Under the pieces are notes generated by a model that searched no databases, was not told where the DNA came from, and was given only the letters and a program-made list of their open reading frames with translations. A stretch of DNA of 64,000 nucleotides from Syntrophales bacterium (lineage in GTDB: Bacteria > Desulfobacterota > Syntrophia > Syntrophales > UBA2210), in NCBI GenBank assembly GCA_963666365.2, contig CAXXNF010000002.1, positions 64,001 through 128,000 on the forward strand, read 5' to 3'. Below, piece after piece: positions 1 through 12,700 of this stretch (its first letter is position 1; every line of letters begins with the position of its first letter). The translations under genes were made by a program, and so were the position numbers.

Positions 1-1
1 G

Positions 2-376
2 TACAGCGGAACCCTTGCGTTGCAGCCGCTGTCGGTGAACAGCGATATCGACATGGCCCTGGCGGAAGGCGACGGCACTGCCCGGTTCTCACTGAGCGCC
101 GCTGAGCTCGATCATATCATCGAGGGCTTCGACGACGGAAGCGGCGCCCGTTTCATCAGGGACGGCGTACTGGTGGTGTTCGAAGGACGGTCCGGCATCA
201 ACATCGGACGGGTGAACGGGCGGCACGACTTCACCGTCGGCAGCTATGTATTCCGCGACACGGTGACCCTGCGGTCGCCGGTACTGGGCGGCAGCTTCGA
301 TGTGGTGGGCAAGATAGAACTCGCGCCGGTTGATGCGGAAGGCCGCGTGGTGGAACTGATATTCCTGGGGCCGTAG
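2..376 (+). CDS. 3' end of a gene (5' end outside window); paralogous to an N-terminal domain of the giant protein
   Basis: Frame is open from nt 2 (YSGTLALQPL...). FSLSAAELDHIIEGF...IGRVNGRHDFTVGSYVFRDTVTLRSPVLGGSFDVVG aligns with giant-protein FALDAEELDFIDGGF...IGREDGAHAFTLGAYTFGFPVLFRAPLEGGAFDVVG (~1590-1880). Confidence 0.8.
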   Translation, partial: YSGTLALQPLSVNSDIDMALAEGDGTARFSLSAAELDHIIEGFDDGSGARFIRDGVLVVFEGRSGINIGRVNGRHDFTVGSYVFRDTVTLRSPVLGGSFDVVGKIELAPVDAEGRVVELIFLGP

Positions 377-393
377 GGTAAAGAAAAATATGG

Positions 394-639
394 CTCGCGC
401 AGAGGCGCGGGGACGCAGGGGAGACAGAAGGATACCTTTGAAGAACCTTATGAAATCATCTATTTCGTCATGCCGGCAGGTCCCGGATCAAGTCCGGGGG
501 GGGTATCCAGTTTTTTTAAGTACTTTCTGGATTCCGGGTCAAGCCCGGAATGACAGAAGAGGGAATTGTGCCAGGTCTCAAGGAGATACACGGGTAATGA
601 AAAGAGTCTTTCTCTGCGGACTCAGCGCCCCAGCGGGAG
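394..639. repeat. Imperfect inverted-repeat pair (CTCGCGCAGAGGCGCGGGGACGCAG / CTCTGCGGACTCAGCGCCCCAGCGGGAG) enclosing a REP-like element
   Basis: 394-421 is an imperfect reverse complement of 612-639. Confidence 0.5.
467..554. repeat. REP-like palindromic element (GTCATGCCGG...CCGGATCAAGTCCGG...TCCAG / CTGGATTCCGGGTCAAGCCCGGAATGAC)
   Basis: GTCAT...ATGAC termini, internal CCGG-xTCAAG-xCCGG hairpins and TCCAG/CTGGA pairing, as in proteobacterial REP-like repeats. Confidence 0.7.
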
Positions 640-679
640 AAAAAGAAGAGAGTTGACGAAACCTGCCAATAATAAGATG

Positions 680-708
680 TTGCGCTGGGACGGCAGGAAA
701 TGTATAGT
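680..708 (+). promoter_or_regulatory. Candidate sigma70 promoter of the giant gene
   Basis: TTGCGC (680-685), 17 nt, TATAGT (703-708); GGAG at 741-744 precedes GTG 753. Confidence 0.35.
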
Positions 709-752
709 AGATAAACTTTTCTAAACCCGATTTTTCTTGTGGAGCACTTTTT

Positions 753-3700
753 GTGAATAAACGGGAATCGGATACTATGTTTCAGCTTGAGGGGCTTGAG
801 CAGAGGATCATGCTTTCGGCTGATCCGCTGGTGGGCGCCCTTGCGTTGGAGCTTGCCACGCTCGATTCCCCAGTCTCCGCCACATATAGTGAATATCCAT
901 CAGAAGTAATCGATATTTCTTGCGATCTGTCGTTCCAGGAAGGGAATCCATCGGGCGAGTACGATCCCGACGCCGGCCTCGACGATCTTCTCGGCGGGCT
1001 TCCCGAAGAGCACATCAACGGCGTCGATGGTGAAGATTCCCTCACCGGGCTCGATGCCGCCGCGGCCGAAGAGGCCGATGCACCGGCGGCACGTTCACCC
1101 TTTGCCGTCACCGAACCGCAGGGGAGTGAAGGAGTTCTCTTTTTTGAAATGCTCGATACGCGGCTGCAAACAGCCGTGTATGAGTTCTACGGCGACAGCC
1201 TCGATCCTCCCGCCGCCGACGTGGTCCTGTCAGTAACACAAGATGGAAGTTTATTAATTGAAATCGGCACGTTACCCATTCTCGTCAGCGTAACGGATGC
1301 GGACAATGGTGGGGTGCATCTTTCGATCATCGCATCCGGTGAAGCGGATGAATTTCTCGTAATATCGGGGTTTTCAGTTGCATATGCCGACCTGATATTT
1401 CCTCTGCCGGCGGCTGAGTCTCTCAGTGCAGTTTCAGGAAAAATTGATATTCAGGGCGGTCTGAGCCTGGAGGGCAGTCTGCGTCTCGAGGCGGATACCA
1501 TCCTTATCGGCGCCCCTGTGCAGGCTTCCGATATCACCCTCACAGCGGGGACAATCGAAATCGATGCCCCCCTCGAAGGAACCGGCGATGGCGTGCTTGT
1601 GCTTCAACCGGCTGATGCCGATGCCGTCATCGATGTCTGCGCCGACACCGGTGCGGCCTTCGCCCTCGACGCAGAGGAATTGGATTTTATCGACGGCGGA
1701 TTCCGGGACGTCATCATCGGCCGTGAGGATGGGGCCCATGCCTTCACCCTCGGCGCCTACACCTTCGGCTTTCCGGTACTCTTCCGGGCGCCTCTCGAGG
1801 GCGGCGCCTTCGATGTGGTGGGAACGCTGCGCACCTCAGACGCCGTAAACGATATCGAACTGGGGATTTCCTTTCTCGGTTCGGGCCATACCAAGACCGT
1901 GCACACCGATACGGTGACTGCCGGCTTCGAAATTAACATCGGCGAAAGCGTTATCGTTGCCGGTGATGCGTCAGGCGTCATGGGCAACGGGGCGGTCTAT
2001 TATGATACCACGAATAACGGCGCCAACCCCACAGGCAATAATATCTATGTGAGCGGTCAGATCGACGGCCAGACGCTCGCGAGTTCCAGCTACAACAATA
2101 TGAACGTACGCATCGTGGCCGATGTGGCTGCCGGCGGGGCGGCCCATGCGGCCTATTCGTCCAGCCTGAACCGGCTCACGATCCATGTGGAAGACGATGG
2201 ATCATCGACCTCGGCCGATGTGGCCGCCGCCATCGGCAGGGTGTACAATTTTTATAATGCCGCTGCTTCAGGCACGGCTGCAGTGGGAACGGACGCGCAG
2301 AATTACCTGTCCGTGACCTCCGGTGGTTCCGCGGCCGCGCTTGCCAACGGATCATTCACACTGGGAAACGGCAACACCATCACCTTCAAGGCCGGTAATC
2401 CCGCCGGGGCGGCCTCCTTCAACGGGTCAGGCGTGCGGGTGATTGCCGACAGCGCGACCGATGCCGGCTATGCCGAATACTCGGTTTCGGATAAAATCCT
2501 TTATGTGCATATTAAAAGCGGTGTGACCACCACGGTGCAGATGAGGGAAGCCATCGCTGCGGTCTTCAATTTCTTCGACGAGACCGGCGGTGACGCAAGC
2601 GTTGTTACACTGAGCAAGACCTTTGCCTATGTGACCACCGGCGGCAAAGATGAACCCGCTGCTGCAGCTTCGGGCACATTCATCCTGTCAGGAGATACAA
2701 TTATCCTTACGGCTGCTGCCACCGGCGCATCCTGGAACGGCGTTAATGTGGTTATCGTGGCCGATGCCGCGGCGGTGAGCGCCATCTACAACGGCGGAAC
2801 AAAAGTCATCACCGTCCATGTAAAAAACGACGGGACATCCACCACTGCCGAGGTGCGTACCGCCATCAACGGCCTGGCGGACTTTACCGCCTCCGGCGGA
2901 TCCACCAACAAGGTGGCGCTGACGAAAGATTATTCCGCGGCCATCACCGGCGGCGACTACCAGACGGCCGCCAGCGGTTCCTTTACCATCGGTGATGATA
3001 CCATCGCCTTCAAGGCGGGTCGCACCATTGACGGGACCGCCTTCAACGGTCTGGATGTCCAGGTTGTCCTCGATGCCACAATCACAACTGGGGCCTGGGC
3101 CGAGTACGATGCTCCCACACGAACCCTGGTTGTGCATGCTCTTGAAACCGCCACCACCGCCGATGTGGCGGAGACTCTGGGAACGCTCTTCAATGTCTAC
3201 GATGCAGTCAGCAGCGGTAATTCGCTGGTGAATCTTTCCGCTGACTTTGACAATGTAACCACTGGCGGCAACCTCAACCAGGCGGCTTCGGGCAGCTTTG
3301 ACTTGAATGGCGACACCATCACCTTCAGCGCCGGCCGCCGGGGACAGGCGCTCTACCTGAATGCGGGGACCGACGGCGACATCACCATCCAGGGGGCTGT
3401 GGGGGTGGGAACGGCCCTGGAGCACCTTTACATCGTCAGTGCCCGCAATGTGATTGTCAACGGTCAGGTTATTCTCAGCGGCGACCTGGTGCAGGTACAG
3501 GGAACGGGAACAAGCGAGTTCGATCTGGATGTGACCGCCGGGCGGCATGTGAATATGAATGTCGAGGCGGCGATTACCTTCCAGGGAACCCTTCAGTCCA
3601 ATCACGGCGATGCGACACTGACGGTCGATCAGAGCAATGCGAGTGGCCTCATTGACATAAACAGCGCCCGCGTGCTTGCCGGCGACCTTATCATCAATGA

Positions 3701-6700
3701 AGCACGCAACGTCAGTTTTCAGGCAATTGTGACCGTTTCCGGTGCGATATACCAGTTCGCCGGTCTCGCGAATACGAGATTCTATGGTCCTGTTTCCGCC
3801 GGCAGTATCGGCATCATGGCCAACAGCCTCATCGATTTCAGAAGCACCGTGGTCCTCACCGAAGGCGATATATTTCTGATTTCGGACGAGATCGATTTCA
3901 ACGGCGGCGCCGCTTCCGTGACGGGCAAGTCTGCCATCGTACTTATGCCCACGACAAACGAGACGAGCATCGATGTGGGCTCCCCCGTGGGAGGGACGGG
4001 AACGCTTTCCATCAGCGACACGGACCTGGCGGCTCTGACCGACGGGTTTCAGTATATCCAGATTGGGTACGAGTCAGATTATGTCCACACCATGGTCGTC
4101 GGATCGAGCGCCTTTCTGGATCCTGTTCGGCTCTATGCGGGTGAAATCATTATAAACGGTAATGTGACGGGGAAGACTTCGGCATTGTTGTATGTCTCCG
4201 GCGTTGTGAGTGAAGGCGATATTCTCGCCGGTTCCCCCGCAGTCACCATCGATACCGCCGAATTCCGTATTACCAACGAGAAGATCGACGATGTATGGCT
4301 TCCCGCCGAGATCAACGTTCTTGTCTACAACGGGGACATTCTTTTGATGAATAACGGTGCGATCAACGCCAGTCTGGACACGGAGAGCACCTCAGAGACC
4401 ACGACGGTTGTCCTCACTGCGGCGAACGGCAATATTTGTCGCCAGGCTGGCTCCGAAGGATTGGTGAGCGGCACGGATCTGCAGGTCACCGCCACGGGCA
4501 ACATCGATCTCAAGACTACCGTCACCACCGCAGAGCTGTCTTCAACGGCATCAGGATCCATAACCATCGTGGAAACCGACGGCATCGACCTTGTTTCTGT
4601 CACCACAGAGAACGGTCCCATCGATATCCGGGCCGGCGGCGCCGTAATCGCGCAAAATGTAGTTTCGGTTACAGACGATGCCGGTAACGATATTACTATT
4701 CTGACCACGACCGGAAATCTTCAGGTGCAGGTGGTTGATGCACAGACCCTGGGCCATGTGGCTCTTACGGCTGAAAACGGAGCGGTGAACGATGCTGCCG
4801 GAGTCGATGCCGCAGGAACGCCAAACGTAGTGGCCAATACCGCCACGATCACGGCGAAAAACGGAATCGGCAGCGTTGCCGCCCTCGGCGATTTCAACAT
4901 GTATCTTACTACCGTTGGTGATGCCGTTGCCGGGCTGGTGGCGGAAAATACCGGTACAAGCGGCGACATCGTCGTCACGCAGGCGGCGGACGCCGGCGAC
5001 ATGACCCTTGCTGCGGCCCAGAGCAACCTTTCCGGCGCCGGTGCGGTGGTCGTATTCGTTCTCGGCGGCAACCTGACCGTGACATCCACGGGGATTGCCA
5101 TTGCCGGTTCGGGAAACACCCTGCTGAGCGCTTCGGCCGGTCTCGTGTTGAATGCACCGGTGGCGAGTACCGGCGGCAATGTCAGCCTGAGTGCCGGGGC
5201 CGGTATTACACAGACTGCCAGCGGCGACATTACGACATCGGGTGCGGGGTCGACCGTTGACATGAAGGCCGACGGCGCGATCGCCATGTTCGACGGCGCC
5301 GTGACACAGACAAACAATGGGAACATCCGTTACGAGGCTTCGACGGGCAACGTTATCCTGGGCGAACTCAAGGCCGGGACGGCGAAGGTTGCGGTGATCG
5401 CCACGGAGGGCAGTATTCTCGATTTGGATACGGACACCTCTGCGACGGACATTGCCGCCGGCGATCTGATTCTGACGGCGGGGACGGCCATCGGGGCATC
5501 GGACAACCACCTGGAAATTTCGGTTGTCAATCTGACCGCCAAATCCACTGCAGGTTCCACCTTTATTAATGAAGCGGATTCGGTCACGATCACAAATCTG
5601 ACCGTGACGGTGGAGCGTGTGACGTCCGACGGGACGCTCGATGTCACGCAACCGTCGAGCACCCAGGAAGACATGACAAGCGGCGGCATCCTTGTGTTGA
5701 CCACCATAAACGGATTCATTACGGTCAACGGTGGTACGGTCACCGCGGCTTCGGGGATCAATGCTGCGGGGAACATCCTTCTTTCGGCGGGAGAGACGAG
5801 CGAGGGGACGGCGACCGACAGCAATATCACCATCAATGGGTTGATCGCGAGTACGGGCGGCCACATCAGTATCATTGGAAAGGACGGCATTACGCAGACT
5901 GCCAGCGGCGACATTACGACATCGGGTGCGGGGTCGACCGTTGACATGAAGGCCGACGGCGCGATCGCCATGTTCGACGGTGCCGTGACACAGACGAACA
6001 ACGGGAACATCCGGTACGAGGCGGCGACGGGTAACGTTATCTTGGGCGAACTCAAGGCCGGGACGGCGAAGGTTGCGGTGATCGCCACGGAGGGCAGTAT
6101 TCTCGATTTAGGTACGGACACCTCTGCGACCGACATTGCCGCCGGCGATCTGATTCTGACGGCGGGGACGGCCATCGGGGCATCGGACGATCACCTGGAA
6201 ATTTCGGTTGTCAATCTGACCGCCAAATCCACTGCAGGTTCCACCTTTATTAATGAAGCGGATTCGGTCACGATCACAAATCTGACCGTGATGGTGGAGC
6301 GTGTGACGTCCGACGGGACGCTCGATGTCACGCAACCGTCGAGCACCCAGGAAGACCTGACAAGCGGCGGCATCCTTGTGTTGACCACCATAAACGGATT
6401 CATTACGGTCAACGGTGGTACGGTCACCGCGGCGGCGGGGATCAATGCTGCGGGGAACATCCTTCTTTCGGCGGGAGAGACGAGCGAGGGGACGGCGACC
6501 GACAGCGATATCACCATCAATGGGTTGATCGCGAGTACGGGCGGCCACATCAGTATCATCGGAAAGGACGGCATTACGCAGACTGCCAGCGGCGACATTA
6601 CGACATCGGGTGCGGGGTCGACCGTTGACATGAAGGCCGACGGCGCGATCGCCATGTTCGACGGCGCCGTGACACAGACAAACAATGGGAACATCCGTTA

Positions 6701-9700
6701 CGAGGCTTCGACGGGCAACGTTATCCTGGGCGAACTCAAGGCCGGGACGGCGAAGGTTGCGGTGATCGCCACGGAGGGCAGTATTCTCGATTTGGATACG
6801 GACACCTCTGCGACGGACATTGCCGCCGGCGATCTGATTCTGACGGCGGGGACGGCCATCGGGGCATCGGACAACCACCTGGAAATTTCGGTTGTCAATC
6901 TGACCGCCAAATCCACTGCAGGTTCCACCTTTATTAATGAAGCGGATTCGGTCACGATCACAAATCTGACCGTGACGGTGGAGCGTGTGACGTCCGACGG
7001 GACGCTCGATGTCACGCAACCGTCGAGCACCCAGGAAGACATGACAAGCGGCGGCATCCTTGTGTTGACCACCATAAACGGATTCATTACGGTCAACGGT
7101 GGTACGGTCACCGCGGCGGCGGGGATCAATGCTGCGGGGAACATCCTTCTTTCGGCGGGAGAGACGAGCGAGGGGACGGCGACCGACAGCGATATCACCA
7201 TCAATGGGTTGATCGCGAGTACGGGCGGCCACATCAGTATCATCGGAAAGGACGGCATTACGCAGACTGCCAGCGGCGACATTACGACATCGGGTGCGGG
7301 GTCGACCGTTGACATGAAGGCCGACGGCGCGATCGCCATGTTCGACGGCGCCGTGACACAGACAAACAATGGGAACATCCGTTACGAGGCTTCGACGGGT
7401 AACGTTATCTTGGGCGAACTCAAGGCCGGGACGGCGAAGGTTGCGGTGATCGCCACGGAGGGCAGTATTCTCGATTTAGGTACGGACACCTCTGCGACCG
7501 ACATTGCCGCCGGCGATCTGATTCTGACGGCGGGGACGGCCATCGGGGCATCGGACGATCACCTGGAAATTTCGGTTGTCAATCTGACCGCCAAATCCAC
7601 TGCAGGTTCCACCTTTATTAATGAAGCGGATTCGGTCACGATCACAAATCTGACCGTGATGGTGGAGCGTGTGACGTCCGACGGGACGCTCGATGTCACG
7701 CAACCGTCGAGCACCCAGGAAGACCTGACAAGCGGCGGCATCCTTGTGTTGACCACCATAAACGGATTCATTACGGTCAACGGTGGTACGGTCACCGCGG
7801 CGGCGGGGATCAATGCTGCGGGGAACATCCTTCTTTCGGCGGGAGAGACGAGCGAGGGGACGGCGACCGACAGCGATATCACCATCAATGGGTTGATCGC
7901 GAGTACGGGCGGCCACATCAGTATCATCGGAAAGGACGGCATTACGCAGACTGCCAGCGGCGACATTACGACATCGGGTGCGGGGTCGACCGTTGACATG
8001 AAGGCCGACGGCGCGATCGCCATGTTCGACGGCGCCGTGACACAGACAAACAATGGGAACATCCGTTACGAGGCTTCGACGGGCAACGTTATCCTGGGCG
8101 AACTCAAGGCCGGGACGGCGAAGGTTGCGGTGATCGCCACGGCCGGGTCTATCATCGATGGCGATAGCGCCGTGGATATAATAGCCGCCGAGGTGCGCAT
8201 GACAGCCGGCTTCGGTATCGGCAACGCCTCAGATCCGCTCGAACTGACGGTGAACACAATAAGCGCCTTCGCGGGACCCGGCGGGATGGCCCTTGCGTCA
8301 ACCGGCGCTGTTACCGTCGGATCGGTCGATATAATTGCCCGAAGGGTGATTGCCAACGGTGGAGACGAACTGGTCTACGACGTGATCCAGAGCGGTCTTC
8401 ATACGGACAATGCCGGATTCATCGTGCTTCATGCCGGCGGAACCGTGACCGTGGTTCCCGGAAAGGCGTCGGCGGTGCTGTTTCCCGACAGTGCCGAGGA
8501 GATCACGCTTGTCGCGGACGAAGGCGGGACCGCTTTCAATGGTTATGTCATCAGCCTCGAAAACGACAGTACTATCGCCGGTGACGATGCGATTGCTTCC
8601 TATAATAGTGACACGAAGACACTCACCGTAAAGGTGAGAAGCGAACAAACCACGGCAGGAACGCTGGTAACTGAGATTAATGCGGTGGACGATCTTCCCT
8701 TCACTGCGATGAGCACCGGGCCGGCCGGTGATGCCCTCGTCGTGACGGTCGGGGCTTCCGGTCTCGATTACTCGTCCCGGAACGGGACCGACGACACGGT
8801 CATCTCTGAAATTTCCACGGTGACCGACGGCGGCGACGAGGCGCTTCCCGCTTCCGCCGTCCTCCTGCCGCCGACGATAGGATTCGGTATCAAGGTGACC
8901 TCAGAAACCGCCGGCGCCGACACCAACGGCATCACCGTCAGACTGCTGGACGACGGAGCGGGTGGATATCTTGCCGACGGGACCGATACGGCGGCCGTGG
9001 TCTATGATGATGTGAACAGACGCCTCAATATATTCATCAACAACGGATTCACGACGGTCGGTGCCGTCGTGGACGAGATAAACGCCGCAGACTTGCCCTT
9101 TGCCGCAGCCATCGAAGGCAACGGAGACGGAACGGTCGTGTTGCACACAGCGCCGGTTGCCACCGTGGTGAATGTCCCCGCCCGTGTATCACTGGCGCCG
9201 CCCGGCGCAAAGAACGATATGATCATTACGGCCGCGGCTGCCGGCACCCCGTATAACGGAGTGACAGTGCGGTTCATCGATGACGGCAGCATTGCCGGAA
9301 GCAATGCCACCGCTTCCTACAACGCCGCAGACAAGATACTGACCGTGTCCATCAGAAGCGGCGCGACAACGGCCAATGCGGTCGTTACCGCCATCAACAC
9401 CCAGGGAACCTTAACGGCAGCGCTCGATACCACCACCGAGACCGTCAACGACGGGTCCGGGACCGTGCAGAGCATGTCGAGTCTGAGTTACGGGGGAGAT
9501 GCCGACACAGTGGCTCTTGCCTTTGTGCGCCCCTCGGGTGCTGAAAACGATATCCAGTTCGAAGCCAAGGACTACGGGACAGGTTTCAACGGCATCCGTA
9601 TCGATCTGATCGACGACGGTTCCTTAATTGACGGTACCGCTCGGGCCACCTACAACACGGGAACGAAGGTGCTGACCATTAACATCCAGAGTCAGTTTAC

Positions 9701-12700
9701 CGATGCCCAGGCGATTGTGGACGAGGTGAACAACGGCGACAACCGATTCGATATGCCCTTTAACGCTTCCCATGACGGTGAAAGCACCGGGGTCGGCGGC
9801 GTGACTGCCTTTGAAGCGACTATTACCGCAGAGGGCGTATCCGATACGGCCAGGGCCGTGATAAGGCCGAAGGGGACGAATAACGATCTCATCTTCACCG
9901 CCAAAGGTCCGGGGACCCAATACGGCAATGTGCTGATACGGTTCATCGATAACGGGGCCATTTCCAACGGGTCAGCCTCAGCGGTTTACAGCTCTAACAC
10001 CAAGATGCTGACGATCAATATCCAGAACGGAATCACCACCGCAGCGGCCGTGATCAGCGAAGTGAACACCGGTACGAACAGTGGCGCCATCCCCTTTACG
10101 GCATCCAGCAGTACGGGGAATGACGGTACCGGGACTATTCACACACCGGCCGTCGCCACCGACGGTGGAAGGGATGCCGTTCCCGCGGGTCTCACGCTGT
10201 CTCCTGCGGGTGCGGACAACGATTTTGTGCTGACCGCGAGTGAACCGGGTGAAGGTATGAACGGCGTCACCGTAATCCTGGTGCACGATGCCGATGTGGC
10301 TGCTGCCGGGCCGGTGGTCACCTACGCCCATACGGATTCCGAAAAAAGAGTTCTGGTAATTACGATTAAAAACGGCGTGACCATCACCGCGCAGGTAGTG
10401 GCGGCGGTCAATGCCGCAAAGGTTGAGGGCACTGCACCATTTACCGCCGTCAATGCCGCAGGCCAGAGCGGCGCCGGAACGGTTCAGGATGCAACCGTTC
10501 CCTACGCCGCCAAAGGCGCGGGCTATGTGGAAGTGGTTGCCACCGCAGGGAATATCGATATGAAGGCCGGGGCAACCGCCGTCGGCGCCCTGTATGCACG
10601 CGCACAGGGCGATCTGATTTTCTCCGCCACGACGGGCAGGATGGAGGCAGTGGCCGGGATAACGCTGGAAACGGTGACCGGTTCGATTGTCAACAGCGCC
10701 TCCACCACTGAAACCACACTGAAGGTGACAGGACAGTACCCGCTGATTCTGAACCCGGCATCGCAGACAACGGCGTCCACCAATGATCTGATAATCGACG
10801 GCCGGGGCGCCGTCACATTTGCAGGTGCAGGACTGGCTTTGAACGGTGCCGACCTGCGGGTGACCGCCGATGACGATATTACGGTACAGGTCGGGGCGCC
10901 TGTCAATGTTACTGATGGATCGGTGTCCCTCTCCTCGGAAGACAATATTGTGGTGAACGCAACGATTACGGCCGATCTGCTTACGTTCAACGCCGGTACG
11001 GATGCGGATCCCGTCCATTCCATTGCAGGCACCGGTTCCGTGACCATTGCTGCCGACCTCACCGGGGCTGTGGCCGTCACCGCCGCCGACGATGTGAACC
11101 AGAACGCCCACATCACCGCTTCCGGTGTTTCTTCAGTAGTCGTGGTTGCCACGGCAGGCGACATTACGATGCTGGACGGAACCATCACCACAGTGGTGAA
11201 CGGAGCGCTTTCCTACACGGCGGGCGACGATGTGAAACTTTCACTTCTGCAAAGCACCGGGAAAAACAATCCGCTGATTGCCGCAGTGAGTGCCGGTGAA
11301 ACGAATAACGACGGTTCCGGGACAATTACGGCGCCTACCGGCCCGGTGACGACGGCGGGAGGCACGGACACGATTCGCGCCTTCGCCACCATTGAAATCA
11401 CCGGGGAGAAGAACGATATTCGGGTTACCGCCGACCGGACGGGCGCGGATCTTAACGGGATACAGGTATCCATCGTAGATGACGGAACCGTCACGGACGG
11501 CGGCGCCGTTGTGGCCTATGATGCCGATACCAGGACTCTTACCATAACGATTGAGAGCGGAATTACCACTGCCTCCACGGTCATTAATGCCGTGAACGTG
11601 GTACCCGCAGCCATAGCGGTGACCGCCGGTGGCGCCATAATCGACAACACCGTGCTTGAGGATCCGAACATCGTTACCGCAGGGGAGGCGATACTTTCGA
11701 CCAAGGCGGGAATGGGCGGTACGGATGAAGGGAACGACATCAACACGGATGTCTTCGATCTCGATGCGGGCAATGAAGGTGCCGGCGATATCGTCATCAC
11801 ACAGGCGGCGGGACGTCCCCTTCTGGTAACGCAGATTACCCAGAAGGCGGCAGCCGGCACGGGTCACATTCTGGTTTCCACCACTGGCGACACCCTCATT
11901 CTGGCCAGCGGACAGAACGGTGTCAGCAACGCCGGGGCGGGAAACATCACCATATCGGCAGCAGACCTGGTGATTCTGGCGCCGGTAACGGCCGCTGGGG
12001 GGCAGGTAAATCTGATCGCTGCATCCCGGGTCGTTCAAAATGCGGAAGTCGCCACTGGCGGAGGATCTCTGTACGTGGCCGCCGCCGCAGGCGGTATCGA
12101 AATGATTGGGGCGGCAGCGGGCAGCAGTGTCGGAAAGGCCGCTCATGCCACGGTCATTCTTCCCGGCGACAACAACGACCTCACAATTACCGCTGTCTCG
12201 ACGGGTACGCTCTACAATGACGTGGCCATTCTCTTTGTTGACGGTTCCGCGCTGAATGCGGTCTATGCGGAAAAGCTTCTGACGATAACGGTAGTAGCCG
12301 GGGTAACTACCGCCGGAGACGTGACCGCTTTCGATTTCGACGGCGCCGGTGTGCCCTTTGCCGTGGTTTTGGCCGATGATGATCCTTCGGGCCCGAATAC
12401 CGGTGCAGGACTGGTCTATCCGCATGATCCGATATCAACAGGCGGCACCGGTATGGATGACGGCAACATCCTCTATTTCGCCCATGCCGATATCGCGGTG
12501 GGGTTGCTCGATGCCACTGCGGGAACGGTGGCGATTGTTTCTGAGAACGGCAGTGTTGTAGACAACGGTTGCAAGAATTCTTTGGGCGAGGATCTGCTGG
12601 ATGTGTCGTCTTCATCCCTGGCGATCCAGGCGGCTATAAGCGCCGGGGAGTTGGGCGCCGGCGCGAATTCCCTGGAAACATCCGTAGAAGCTCTCGCGGT

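Noticed and set aside
390..656. 88-aa ORF upstream of the giant gene
   Set aside because: Largely made of REP-like and IR repeat sequence (WIPGQARND is a translated palindrome); no protein-like features.
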